DNA of 64,000 bases from contig CM060734.1 in assembly GCA_030704615.1 (NCBI GenBank), positions 46,128,001-46,192,000 on the forward strand, in the 5' to 3' direction. The position numbers were made by a program, and so were the translations under genes. The stretch comes from Takakia lepidozioides. Lineage: Eukaryota > Plantae > Bryophyta. Of this stretch, positions 50,201-63,780 are shown one piece after another. The notes beneath the pieces were generated by a model. That model ran no database searches. It was not told the DNA's origin and saw nothing but the letters and a program-made list of their open reading frames with translations. Position 1 is the stretch's first letter, and each line of letters opens with the position of its first letter.

Positions 50201-53200
50201 CACAATGGAAGTAGGTACTGACCATTTATCACTAAGCAATTTTGAGTGCAATAGCATCTCTGCCCATCAGTGTCCATTTGCTGGGTTGAATTCGGACAGT
50301 AGGAGTTGTTTTGGAGCCTGTAGATCCAAATGACAATTGATGGCATATACCATACAAGAACATCAACAATAATACTTTGATTGACTCTTCACTTTCATCT
50401 ACACGTGTGACGTGTCAAATGCATGGGACTCGACGATGCTAACAATATGATATACTTTTGCGGTGTGTAATATACAACTTGGTAGCAACTTATTGAACTT
50501 GAAAATAAGGAAATAGCAACTGTGAACCCTGTTCAAATTACTGGTCATAAATGTTATGCTAAAATGAAAGAAACCACCCCCAAGTCATCCTAGATATTAG
50601 AATGGTGAGTTGAAGGCTAGGACCCATAAGCCTGCCAAGATCTATTTGAAGTTGACTGGCTTAAGGCAGGAGTATTCAATAGTTAGGAGGTTTTGTGCCC
50701 CAGTAAACTCTCAATTTCTATCCAGAAGATTACACGTGGAGCAATTCTGCCACCTTGTCAATTTTTGTGCCTACAACGTTAAAGTAGGGTATTGGCTGCA
50801 GGTGGGATAGTTGAACCCCTAAGAATATGGGGACAAAATGGGATCTGCGCAACTTCTTACGAACCAACTCTAGAGCAATCTTGAAAGAAGTTTGGCCCAA
50901 GAGTTGCCCATTTGGTGAAACAATGTTAAGCAGATCTGGAGACCAATCCTCAATCTTTATTGCTTTTGGAATCATACCCACTTCACAGACACATAACTGC
51001 TTCTGATTTATGACGAGATTAGAGCAATTCTCTTCAAACTGTCCCGTTTGGAACTCACTGAGAACAATCAGTTCTAGACAGTGTGGAAAGCCAGATGCCA
51101 CTGGCTCTACAGGAAAGAACTTTGCCCCCTAATGACCCTCCACAAAAACTGGTTTGCAGATTTACAGACAGAAGCAAGAAACAAAACTACACTAAATGAC
51201 TATGTCACTCCAAACATAAATGAAGCACAATCAAGTAACTGACTGTACATGAGCAGTTCTGAATAATCCCCACGTGATTTAAAGAACATCCCAAGGAAAC
51301 CAAACTTATTGCTCATGTACAGTCGATGACAAAATCCCATTGTAGGGATTGAATTTTCAGGGCTGGAACTGACATTATGTCAGAACGGACCCTGCTCATA
51401 CTAACACTGCTCCTTTAGTCTCTCACCTTAGATACGACACATAGCTGTGATTCGCACTGACAATTGCACCTAACACTAAGTGAAAAAAAGGAGGCAATCT
51501 AGTTAGTTCTAGTTACTACTGCAAGTCGATGGTGGAATAATCCCTTTGTATTGAGGAAGACTCAATCAGTGGCAAGAGGAAAACGACGTGCCACTTTCAA
51601 GAACGACACTTTGACAGCACATGGGTGAAATAAGGGGTCCTGGCAATGATGCCAGTTGTATCTTGGAGGAGGAAACTCCTAGAGATGTGGTTATGAGGGA
51701 GACAAAACTCCAATCTCCGTAGGATCCAAAGATAGAGACTAAAAACCTTCACTGATCTTAGACCTAATACCGCCCTAGATACCCATGAAAGCTGCATCAG
51801 GAGTAGATTTGTCTCACATACTAGTGACCTTCTTGTTTATTCCCTTGATCAGTGAAGTGCTCTTCCATTGGAGGGTTCTCGAAAAAGAAAGAAAGAGAAA
51901 CTAGCAAAAAGAGAGGTTAGAATATCTACTTACATGATAACAGTAGTAACGTCCGTGATGTCGGAACTAGAATAATTATCCACATTTGTTATATGATTGT
52001 ACGTCACACTCAAGAACTGTAGATGCCCGGTACTATTAGCTGAACTGCCACTCGATTGAGTCCTACTCAAGCCACTGATGTTGTCGATGTTTAGGGTTCC
52101 GTTGAAGCTGTTGTTGTCAAGCTTTCTGCAGGTAGATAGTGGAGAATGATGAGGTATGACCCCACCAATATAAATAACCCATGACAATTTAAATATTACT
52201 CATAAGTTTCAAAAACTTGGAAGGATCTCCTAGGTTCATGTTCTTAGGAGGTTCAATATCAAAATTAGGGGATCTCTTATTCAAAATCCTATAAGTGAAG
52301 TACAGATAGGAGGTTAAAACGGTTTCCAAAAGGGTATGCAGTGTCATTGTAACAATATTGATACCTAAGTTTATCTGTTGTCTACAGCAAGCCATCTTAA
52401 GGATGACATTTTTTCTGGACACCAAAGAGATATACTACAACATGAGGTCATAATTTCACCTAGAATTATACATACGAATTAGACAAGTCAAAGTAGATGC
52501 ATACAGTCAGGAGTCGATTCCATGCAACTGCACCTCCGACTAGCTAGATGCTACTAATACTTACTAATGATGTATTATTATTAATATCTCAAAAGAATCC
52601 ATTTGCACGGGTTGAAAATCTTACAAAATCTCCAATTGTGGAAGGGAGGCCAAAGTATACGGAAATGAACCGAATAAACCACTTGCTCTTAGTGCTCTGC
52701 AACAGTCCAGGCAATTAGAGTAAAGAGTCGAAGCAAATGATGCACAAAAGCTGCTCCTACAGCCTATTTCAACCTTAGCAGCTTCACTGTTAGGTTATGA
52801 CCAGTGTTGGACCGGTATAATAAACTTTCATACCAACCAGAGTCAGTGAAGAGGCCTCCTTCATACCTGGCAGGTAACGGTATCAAAGTAGATATTAAAC
52901 TATTAATGTACCAGTCTGGTATGTTAATTATTTTTGTTTGGCCTGGTATGGTATGGTATCAGTATTGCAAATTTCATATATATATATATATATAGATGCC
53001 TCCCGAAGGGAGCTTAAATTATGGTGTCTCTTCACCACAAGGGCTACTGCCTTCCCGATGAAAGGTGGACACCACCAGACCGTGGTTTGGACCCACAACC
53101 ACATCCAACGTGGTATGAGCCCATTACCTGCAAATTTCAAATCTTATACTGGGGGGATATCAATACAGGTAAATTATAGTGTCTCTTCACCACAAGGGCT

Positions 53201-56200
53201 ACTACTTTCCGGCTAAAGGTAGAACCTTCATGACACACCAGACCGTGGTTTGAACCCACAACCACATCCAACGTGGTATGTGCCCATTACCTACAAATTT
53301 CAAATCTTATACTGGGGGTATATCAATACTGGTCAATACAGCTCCATGGTAGAAATTCAACATGGCAGGTATAATTTGGACAGATTTTTTTAAAATAAAA
53401 GCTGAATGCTGCACTTCAGTTGCGATACCAAGCTGGTTTGGTAGGAGCCCAGGTATTAGCGTTTTACTATATTACCCCCAATATGTTCTGCCCAGGGTAT
53501 TGCCAGTTTCTTATACCCGCCTCGTCTAGTACCCTGCTACGATACCCTTACTGATACCCCGCCTCGCCCCCATATACTGGTCCAACACTGGTTATGACTA
53601 GTGCTTGATTAACTATCATAGTCAATGACAATACTGTTTGATTTTCACCGAGTTTCTTATATTGAAATAGTACTCGTCATTACGTAGGTCGTGACAGATC
53701 ATGTCATGAAACCATCAATGATGCATAACTAACAATGTCAACTCCCAATGATGCCTATAGGATTAGAAATTCAGTATAGTGGTATCTCTTACACGTGGAC
53801 GATTTATGAAACATAACTTTCAGGAACGCCTAACTTACCATATCACAGCTAAGTCTGGTAAAACCAAGTGGCCTGGGAAGCACTCACAGTGTCTTTAGTT
53901 GAGTAGATCCAGAGAGCCAAGCAGGAATCTCCCCTGAGTCATACTTGTTGAGACTCAAATCCCTGCAAGAAGCGAACACTTTGCCAGTTAATTTTGATGA
54001 GGTCAATGAGATCACAACTGCACAAGGTTTTCCTTCATTTTACTTCAAAATCCAAGGCTCTTTTTAGGCTGTTTCAATGTTTAGAAACTTGTCAGTCTAA
54101 GCTTTACACATATAACAATTTATCACTCAAAATCAAAGGAACAACGGGGAGCTGCAACTGCGTAGTCTAACACTCATCTACGGAAAGTGTTTATTTTTAT
54201 ACCACCCCTTAGAGATCTCAAGCAATCACACCCTACTGATATCAGATGTGAGATGAAAGACCCCTACTGCATGGAAATCGTGAGGTGCACTTGTTATGTA
54301 CACCACAATCATTCTTATATTGAACACATTCTCTATGAAAATATGTGAATGCAACTATCCCTCATCATCTCACATCTATTACATGAAGATCCATATCATT
54401 TATAAATGTTTCCCAAGTTGCAGCTTGCCAAGTATGCCAGATTGAAAACCCTATCAGAACTCGACAACAAGCAAGAAATCCAGCTATTGACATGTTTCCC
54501 AGACTTGTGCATATGATCTCAAGAGTTCAGACATGAGATGAATATTGGTATTCTCTGATTACAGTTTTCTTGACTGTGATCCATGGGTCGACACCAAATG
54601 GCTCTCAGAAGCCTCTTGAAACCACTCTTTTTGCATAGTTAATGAGGAAAAGACACGATGAACTTACAATTGCTCTAGAGATTGTGAGAATAAACTGAAG
54701 TTCGGGAGAGGACCAGTGAAGTTGTTGTTAGACAGATCCAGTACTGTCAGATTCGACAAGCTGTTGAAAATCGATGAAGGATCTACAGGACCGTCAAACT
54801 GATTCATACTCAGATTCCTGCAACCAACAATTTATAATACTTAATGTGAAAACAGCACTGAGGACAACACATATCGTCCATAGCTGATAATCGCAGATCA
54901 ACTCAGGGATCTTTCCAAGAGGTATGCTAAATTTCTGGAAAGAGATCCAGGTCCCTGCTATCCTGAAAAATAAACTCTTTTATGCAAGATAGTCTGCTTA
55001 CAGTGGGTTTCCGTCCCTTAGGGCCAACTCAATTCCATCCATATTATACAAATACGGTACTTCGGTGATCAATCATCAAAACATATGTAGGCCCAATATT
55101 TAGTAGTTCCTCATTTCAAGAAACCAGTGACCAGCCCTGGAGTGTGGAACACAATCTTGAGAGAAAGCAAAGCACCAATTTGTTACACTAATCATCCACA
55201 AAATATATGGTGGTACTTACACAGATTGGAGTGTGGAAATCGATGTAAGGTTAGGTGGTAATCCAGCGAACGAGTTTCCTGACAAATCTCTGCATAGTAT
55301 AACTCCACATTTAAAATGAGTTGATATGTTAGGTGAGCAAAATTCACATTTGAAAGTCCACACAATTCTAGATCACAAAAATTGCAGATAAAACTAAGCA
55401 GAAGTAACTTGTCACAAACGGCATTAGTGAGCTTTTGGCTCTCAATCTCAACATTCAAAGCAGAGCACACTATCATATACATGGCACATGACACGAGGAT
55501 AATAACCAATTATAAAGAGGAGACGGTGAAAAATTGTCTTACAAAGTTGTAAGCTCGTTCAGATTTGCAAAACCGGTTGTATTGAGCACTGATAGTTGGT
55601 TCTGAGACACCTTCATTCTTTGCAACCAGGTCATGCCGCCTAAGCTGGGAAGCTGCCCAGTGAACTGGTTTCCACTCAAATCTCTTAAACAGAAGCAAAG
55701 ACAATTTAGTCACCTTGTCTACTTGGCTTCTCTGCGCCATGGGAGCAATCTCAACCAACACATCCATAATCTTTCACATGGGAATTAACTAGAGCCAGGT
55801 CTCTACCTTCTTCCTTCCTGCGCGGCAATTTCTAGCCAACCCCTGACAATAAACTAGAAAACATCACATTTTTGCTGACATTTCCTTGGGCGTGCATTTG
55901 CACTACTTGTAACTGGTTCTGTGAAGATTGCCATCACCATTACATCATCTAGGTGCTGGTATTTGTGAACAGACTCTGAGTTTGGAGCAGTATATTTGCA
56001 TTCGTTATCATGTGGCTGTAGAAGATTACAAATGACCAGTACTAGGTGAGTCTCTAATTCAGAGTTATAAATCACAAAATGGTATGAGGAATGTAAAATG
56101 ATAACTCACAGCTCCTGAAGCGACGTAAGTTTTGCAAGCTCCTCGGGAATGCTTCCATGGAAATTACTACCTCTAAGCCTCCTGGAAAAAGTAACATCTA

Positions 56201-57971
56201 CTGTCATATATATGTACCGTAGAATATTCATCTCATGTATTCAGCGGCAAGTATTAACAGATTACATCAAGATCCAGACATAAAAACCTAAATGAAATGT
56301 CTGCAAAAGAAACATGAAATGTCCAGATTCATAGTCTCCTAGAGGCACCACCCTAGATTGTAGGGCATAATGACTTCGCATGCGTTTAACAGACATTGTG
56401 AGAATCACATGTGATCCTTCATAGGACGTTAAGTGCTGCTTACAAAATATTCAAGCTTGTCAATTGACCAAGCTCCTTAGGAAGGGCACCAGAAAGCCCT
56501 GGATTGCCTGTCAAACTTCTGCAAAAATATCCCTAGCACTGTTACGAGAGGAAATTAAAAGGAAATTCAAGGGTTCATCTCAAATATTCTCGGACACCAG
56601 GCGAGTAGATTAGATACAAGTGGAAGCCACCTCCTCAAAAGAACCTAATTCACTCTGAAGAAATTAAGTCCTCATGAGCATTGTTTATCACGTGCGGTAA
56701 CCCACTCAATGGCCAATTGAATCTCGGATATTTAGAGGTCATTTGTAGGTTGCCTAACATGGTTATTACACATTGATCAGTAGAAAAACAGTCTCTAGTG
56801 TTTGATGCTGAAATCAGGCCTGTACACGGCCACTTATAGCTAACTAGCATTAAAACCAATCACTGGGACTCATATTCGTCACATTTAAAACTGATTGAAC
56901 AAGGTTCACCCTTTTGGAACTCACAAGTAGACGAGTCTGCTGAAGTTTCCAATCTCCGGCGGCAAAGTGCCTACAATACCTGCATCACTCAGATCCCTGC
57001 CCATCCGCCACCCATGTATGAGAACCTATCATGGCAGACTTACAGAATTGGAACAGCATGTGAGATTTCTGGTACACTTAGTCTAACATTGGATAGGATC
57101 CTTCTTCATGAAATTGCTCAAGCTCAAAATGTCTGACTGAAGATTAACTGTTAGATGGTTAACAAGGTTATTGTGCCAAACCAGTTTCACATCATCTACT
57201 GACAACAGTAGCAAACTGCAAAGCTGAATATCACCTATAAATACAAAAACTTCAATCTCTTTCTTGGAGGCAGCAATGTGGCAGGGATTCTTACAGGCCA
57301 ACAACGTAGGAATTCCAGTAGGTATCATTTACAGGATCTTCTAGGCAAAGTACCCCTCGCCAAGATCCATAGTTGCACGGAAATTTTTGTGAGGATGACC
57401 ACCCTTCCAGGTTACTACTGATGTGGGGGGTGCTCTGATTCCATGCTCCAAGAATAGCTTGCAGGGCATCCACTGTACAGTACGCTTTCAAGTCAGAGTT
57501 TTTTCAAGTTTTACAACAGCCATTGAATGACTGTGAAGCACCACACAGCATTCTAAGGAATGGTGGCCTGTCAAGGTTGTCAAATGTCTGTGAAGTTCGC
57601 CATACCTGTGGGCAAGAATCAAGCAGTTGGCGAAAGCACAAAATAACCTTGCGATAGAGCAAATGGAATATGTAACCCAGAGTCGAGGGAAGAGAGAGTC
57701 GGTATAATTTCTCTAAGGAGCCCAAAGACGTGAAGTGGCTCCAGTGAACTTAGGACCTACACAGGAAAATAATCCGCTACTACCACGTCCTACAGCTTAC
57801 ATCAAATTCTCAGATTGTCTAACAAACTCTTCGACTTCCTAAGACTTTGGGCAGTCAGTTGAGAACCTTACGATCTGCTCCCAGGAACACCACCTCTCTT
57901 ATGTAACACTCGCTGAAAAGGCCGCATGAGAGCAAGATTAGGGAGAAAACAGCAATCTTGAGGATACTCAT
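47211..57971 (-). CDS. LRR receptor-like Ser/Thr kinase (RD kinase, LRR-VIII-2/DLSV-like kinase domain; no malectin domain)
   Basis: Phase-compatible GT-AG exons: 57872-57971 (signal-peptide-like [17 protein letters not shown], start uncertain), 57295-57472 (LRRNT, W...PC...WRGVLC), LRR exons 56925-56996, 56444-56518, 56110-56181, 55221-55289, 54668-54817, 53888-53962, 52625-52696 and 51934-52125, Cys-rich exon 50978-51057, TM exon 49626-49784, and kinase exons 49213-49331 ([11 protein letters not shown]), 48836-49046 (VAVKQL), 48363-48600 (HRDIKASN...DFG), 47991-48141 (GYLAPEYA) and 47211-47603. No lesions seen. Confidence 0.95.
52802..53590. mobile_element. Non-autonomous hAT-superfamily element (MITE) in an RLK intron
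   Basis: TIRs CAGTGTTGGACCGGTATA / TATACTGGTCCAACACTG; exact 8-bp TSD GTTATGAC at 52794-52801 and 53591-53598. Confidence 0.9.
52995..53335 (-). mobile_element. Two tandem SINE copies nested in the hAT MITE, next to a (TA)n tract
   Basis: The reverse complement reads GGTAATGGGCTCATACC...GGTGTCCACCTTT...GAAGGCAGTAGCCCTTGTGGTGAAGAGACACC...CTCCCTTCGGGAG (TA)n; 53012-53170 is repeated at 53171-53335. Confidence 0.8.
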
Positions 57972-60900
57972 AGCATTTGTGTAGGCGGGTCTTGACTAAT
58001 AGCAGATGGGAGCCCTCTCTATGGGAGCCTGAGGTTGCCAAGGAAATTGACTCGCAAGGGGCTCGCAAGTGGATATAGAATTCAGACGGCGGATTTGGAA
58101 CGGGCCGCATAGCCTGCAAAAACTTCTCCTTCGAGCTACCAGAAGACCACTTCCTCTGTGACCTGTCACGCTCTTCTGTCCGTCCTGCTCATTTTGTGTT
58201 TCATAGATAAGGACCAGCCAATTAGAGCACAAAATGATCTAGAGCTCAAAATCTAAGAACACTCCCTACCTGCCTAATCTCCTCGAACAAAAAGGATTAA
58301 CTCATCCAGTGACCTGAAGTCGGACGTCATGATCATTAGTCAAGTGTTGTAAGCTGCAAAGCGTTCTACCGACGAAATTTGAAGCAGGGGAATGTTCCAC
58401 TGGATGTCCCTGCACTGGTTCCTGAACCTTAGAGCTAATTTCCGTCTTCAGGAAATCCAACATTTTTCTAATTCCCAAAAGCATGTAAAGCCCAAAACTT
58501 TACATACTCGCAGATTCTCCTCCTTCCTCGATCTATGGTGAGTAACGGGGTGAGTAGACTCTGGTTGAAGTGTTTCGCACAGAGGAGATCACACGCAGAG
58601 GAAGTGCACCTGCTATCTTTCTAACCCTGAATGAACTGGTATTTACATTGCGCATACAGAAACACACACCTATACTCACAGAGCCAAAAGTCTTCTTCAC
58701 GAGATGGATCCCAACCGTAGAAAGCTTGTTGGCCGGCACCATGAAAAATTCAACACTGCTTCGTTGACATAAACAAGCAGTGCCCTGAGTCAATGCGGGA
58801 ATCACACGAGAGACTCTCATCGTGCGAGACGACAATGCCACACTTACGCTCTTCCCTTCCCTCCTTCCCTCCTCTCACCCCGCCACGCCTCCCGCGAACG
58901 CGCTAGAATGGATGTGCAGCACGATGAACAAGTCAACATCAATGGCGCAGGATCAGTTTCATCCATCCAACTGACCCCATGGAAGGAATTTATGGGAGCC
59001 AAGCAGCTTGTCCGATACGCGTTGACCTCGACGTCCCCATTGGATCAGTGGCATTACCAACGTGTGGGTTCAATTCATAGTTAGCTGCAAACATCTCAGC
59101 TTAGATAGTGGCTGCTGTTTGCTCTTTGGAGATTTCCTACGGCCATGATCTGAGTGACCTTCATGATCATCTTGAGCAGGTGAATCATTCAAGTGGCATG
59201 AGTATGCATCAGTTTTGTTGGCTCCTCCCTCAAGCATCAGTGCCAAAATGGAAGAAGATCCGGATATACCTTCGCCAGAAAACACCCAAAAATAACAGAT
59301 ATACCTTCAGTAGTTAACATTCCTCCTGATATTAATGAGCATCAAATATTAATTTATATTATTGTTTTTATTTTTGTGAAATATGTTTTTAACCATAACA
59401 GCCACCCACCGGTAGGTGGCTTGAGACCGGTGAATGCCTGTCGCTGTTTCTTCTCTTCTTCCCTGCTCTCTTGTTAAGGGGGCTTGGAGGCTCATCTATC
59501 GTAATGAGCAAATGAACGCCTGAAAGTTATGAGGGTACAGTAAGGTTTATCTATTATAGTGGGGCGGCAAGAGCTGCGAGTTATGAGGTGTGAAGTTGAA
59601 TGACCGAGCACCAGCAGCGGTGACGTTTTTTGGGGAAGCAAGTGGATGCAGCGATGGACAGCTCAACAGTGAAGGGGGCATGCAGGCTGAGATATCTGCC
59701 AAGCAACACATGGTACTTAGGCATTACAACAAAAGTGATTCTGCAGTGACAAGTGAAGGGAAGAATTGCATGAGGCGTGGAAAACGGACCGACTGGTCAT
59801 TGATTTGATCATCTTTGGATATTCCGGATGGAGAGCCTCTGGAAGGACTAGATATTGTGCCCTCTTGGAGCAAGTATTTCTGAGGACTTTTGGAAGAAAG
59901 GGTTTGGGCTAGCCTGCATGGTATTGGATGACAAAGGTTGTGTGGTGGTCCTTGCCAGCAAAGGCAAAAACACAGAGGCGGGAATTGCCAAGTGGACCCG
60001 TAAGAGTGGCGTCCCAATTCGTGAATTGCGCGCTGACCTTTTTCTTGAAGACAAAATGATTTAAGTGCTAAATCCGCCTTTTACTCCACTTGGGGATTGA
60101 GATAGCATCTAGAAGGAGGTCTGAACCAGTACTCTAATGTGAGTCCATGGTTAAGAGCTTTCTTGATTCACAGTGAACCCCAAGAGGAACCCCCAAGTTC
60201 CATTGCTAGAACTGGATATATGCGCTCTATAGTATCCGAAAATCTCAAATAACCAAAGATCTCAGATTCCTGAACCATTGCTTCTTTAATCTCCTCTTTA
60301 GTTCTAGGTTATCGTTTTTCGTCCCTTCTCTAACTTCTGATTGAAGAACTGACTCCATATGACTCTGCCTTTGGGGACCAGAGCCCCTCAATTGAGCAGT
60401 TGAGGATCAAAGAACAAAATTTCAGTGTCAACAATCCATCAATTAGAACCAGACAAATATCTAATGAATTCGCGTGATTCAGTGAGAGTAATACAATCAT
60501 TACTGGCTACATATTAGAAAAGAGCTCCGTTCCATTCCATTTCGTAGATGGGATCTGAGAGAGACAGAGACAGAGACAGGGTGGGGTGGGCAATTTTACA
60601 GCAATACAAGTACAACATTTGTGGGCTGTAAAATTTTCGGTGTAAAACTGTCAGCGTTGTGCCCTCTGTGGCTACCGAAAATTCGCTCCACTCATTTTAC
60701 TCCGAAGACATTCCCCTCTAGGTCCCAATCTTCTGAACAGGCTGGTGCTGACGGGCTACGGAGGGCGAATGCAAGAGGAGGAGAAGGCGGAGATAGCAGG
60801 CGTTGTACCGGGGAATCCAGAAGCGTCTTGTAGATGTGGAAGAAAATGATCTGACTTGGAAATTATGTCACGCACAATATGGTGGCAGCTGGACTCAACC

Positions 60901-61559
60901 TATGATGTGGGTATTACACCGGAAAATTTTACGAAGATAATCTTGCCTACTCCAGGCTCGCTCCCTCCCCTCCCAAGTCAACATGTCTTTACGACCCTTC
61001 TCCCCTTGTCATGGAGATTATAAAAACAAACAGACACATGAAGCTGTCAAAGTTTTGTTTTAAAAACCGCCTTCTGGTCCGAGTGCTTCAATTGAGGAGT
61101 TCGTGCTCGGTCAAGCTTAGTAAAGACCGAGCTTTGATCCCGAACAAAATGCTCTTGTGGAGATTACTGGTGAATCAAGCAAATGTGCGACAATAAAAGA
61201 AAGTGTGTTGCTTGAAAGCTGAGGTGGAGAGGTAATGATCTGTTGTCATTAATGTAGACATTGAAGGTGGAAAGAAGTGCCAGAGGTCTCTGGTGTGGTA
61301 GCCCGTGTGATTCAAGAAGTACTTCAGTGGTTGTGCTCACAACGGTATTTAACTCATACTGCAAAGCAGGGCTCTACTTTCCGTTCATTCTGTGTGGATA
61401 GACATTATGCTTGGCAACAGTATGTTGACAGGCACATGCTCCTCTCAGCATCCAACATGTGGGTGCGATTACCCTGCCACAGAGATAGAGGATGTCTGAT
61501 ACAATAATATACCATAGGGAAATTAGGATCCGCTTAAGATCTATATTTAGTCGTGCTGG

Positions 61560-62683
61560 TATGCAGGCCGAGCATAGAACGGTCAATGTCAGATTCTCCA
61601 CTGCAGAGGGGTCAACTCTGAGGTTAAGAAAACCATGCTTTGTCGCGTTGTTAGACCTGCCTTGGAGTACGGATCTGCTAGATGGGTTGATAACTCCAAC
61701 CAGGCCAAGTCTCTAGAATCCATTCAAGTGGGGGTGCTTAAGGAGTGTATGTCAGCATGCTCCAAAACAGCCAATGTGGCTGTTCGGGGTGAGTTTGGCA
61801 TTCCGTCCTTAAGCTCCCGACGAGATGAATTCAAGGTCAGATGGTGGGGTCAGCTGCAACATATACCCAACACCAGATATCCTAAGTTAATCGACTCTAT
61901 ATCTTGGAAACAGGACCGCCCTGTCAAACAGGCTAAGTCCTGGCAGAAGAGAGTAGAAGAGATCCTCAAGGACCTGGACCTGGATCCGCAAGTCTTGACC
62001 CTGCTGGATAAATCTGACTTAGAGGCTGTAGTGTCCTCAGCCATGTCTGTTGCCATGAGATTGTCTGATGAAAATGAAGTTAGGCAGAAAACTTCCCTGA
62101 ACTTGTTTCCAGTCTGTGACATGGGGGAGGACATCTTGGATGACCTCAAGGGTCTACCCACTCTCGGCACTAGACTGAAATTTAAACTCAGGGCAGGAAG
62201 CCTACCTTTGAACAGCAAACAGAAGCAGAGAGGAAAGGGAGAGTGCAATTGCCCGTTGTGTGGGCAATCTGAAGACAGTATTCATTTTCTGATACACTGT
62301 CCGGGGTTCTCTCACCAAAGAGACGCTCTCTTCAAATCTATTAAGGGTATTGTGCCTGTACCCCTGTTTACCAACTTTGAAAGTCTCGAGGCTGAACAAA
62401 AGCCCAGGCCCTCCTGAGGCCTAGTTTTTGGGCAAATCACCTCGGGCGTAGAGGTCGGCACGTGTTCGACAGAGAGCATCCCCTACAGCAGATTGATGCT
62501 TGTGTGGAGGGATTTCTAGAGGATATCTGGAAAACCCGGATTAATTCTATATATGGAGGTAAGTCTTACTACCAACGTCAGCCCCTGACAGAGGTAGGTT
62601 CTGTCTCTTTTGTTCCCGCTCAAACTGGGCGCGGGGTCAATGGCCACAAGGCTACGGCAAACAACGTCTTATGAGTACAATCT
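61560..62683 (+). mobile_element. 5'-truncated non-LTR retrotransposon, family A (RTE/RTEX-like), 3' part of ORF
   Basis: ORF 61635-62417 encodes a post-RT region (VRPALEYGS..W, VRGEFG) and a C-terminal CxxC...HFLIHC zinc knuckle. The element ends ...GGCCACAAGGCTACGGCAAACAACGTCTTATGAGTACAATCT with no poly(A). There is a frameshift near 62400 and a ~40-bp insertion near 62440. Confidence 0.85.
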
Positions 62684-62689
62684 TTACGT

Positions 62690-63670
62690 GGGTGGGATAG
62701 AAGGTCTGAGCTGGCGGCGGCCACTCTTCAAGCCAGACTGACGTCCTCGATCAGTTATCTGCTAACCAAAACAGCATTGAAGTTTGTTTGAGCAGGTTGT
62801 GGCCTGTTGTTTCAAGCGATACTTGTAGAACTCTGGGGGCTCTTAGCTGCCTGCTTGTGGTTTTCACAAACACGTTGAAGATCACCACACTAAAGACAAA
62901 AGCCCACAAAGGGGGTCATTTGGATTGATTGGTGGTCAAATCAAGCAGAGCTAGCTACCACAAGACAAAGGGATGGTGGATGGATATTAGAGGAATGCTC
63001 TAGTTGGTCCAACAGTTCATTAAAGTTTCAAGACAGGTGGTGCAATGCTGGTGGGATGGTAGATTATGGTCGGACAAGCTTCCATGTGTTCTCAAATATT
63101 TTCTTAAGTTGGAATGTTTTGTTTGTGCACCACGCAGAGCAAGATCCCAGACTTGCAGAAATACTACTCGTCAACAAAGGCTGCAGCAATCACAAGTGGG
63201 CAAATTTCTTATGCTCCCGCAGTCCTTGCACATATCAAGCAATATTCATAGAATTGCCTGGGCAGGAGTTCATCTCAGATCCTTCCCACTTGCGGGACTA
63301 CAGGTCTGACAAGGTAAGGGTATCTTCAGAGGTGGTGGAAGGACTTGCAACTGAAGCTCACATGCTTTGTCATTTTGTCAGATTGCATTGCAGTCATTGT
63401 TAGTAACAGCATGCCTAAAACTAAAGATGATGATGTGGACTGGATGTACTCCAATGTACTGGCTTGAGAATGAGTTTGCTCCTTGTCTTGAAAAAAACAA
63501 CAATAGTGAATCCCCATTGCTGTGAGTAGATTGTTCTTCCTTGTGAGCAGGGCAGGAAATTGGTTGGTCAAGGTTGGTCCTTGTCATTTGATCACAGAAA
63601 AGTTCCAAGAGCACCAGACTTCAGACATAACTGCGACAAGGAGGTCCATTGGGATGGACAGTTGGTCAAA
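62690..63670 (-). mobile_element. Degraded L1-clade LINE, ORF1 end and APE endonuclease start
   Basis: MNIA*YVQGL (~63250) resembles the SWNVRGL motif; W...CGD(F)NV (~62870-62905, one frameshift) is the APE GDFN motif. Confidence 0.55.
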
Positions 63671-63679
63671 CCCTCCTTG

Positions 63680-63780
63680 GGAAATGAAATGAAATGGTGT
63701 TGTATAACGTCCGCAGAAAGTTCATAGAGCTTACGGGACAAAATGGAAGAAAACATGAGAAAGTAGGGCTAATAAAGACC
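63680..63780 (-). mobile_element. LINE family B 3' end
   Basis: (GAAAT)3 GGTGTTGTATAACGTCCGCAGAAAGTTCATAGAGCTTACGGGAC. More decayed tails occur near 13425, 23243 and 31710. Confidence 0.75.

Noticed and set aside
53095-53131. Hairpin-ribozyme-like GTGGTAT...ATTACCTG
   Set aside because: It is explained as the reverse complement of the SINE's tRNA-like D-loop and anticodon region, and the loop A/B partners are missing.
57606-57756. Extra RLK exon flanked by AG/GT
   Set aside because: It has stops in all three frames if used whole, and the signal-peptide exon can splice in phase directly to 57472. An alternative 5' structure cannot be excluded without cDNA.
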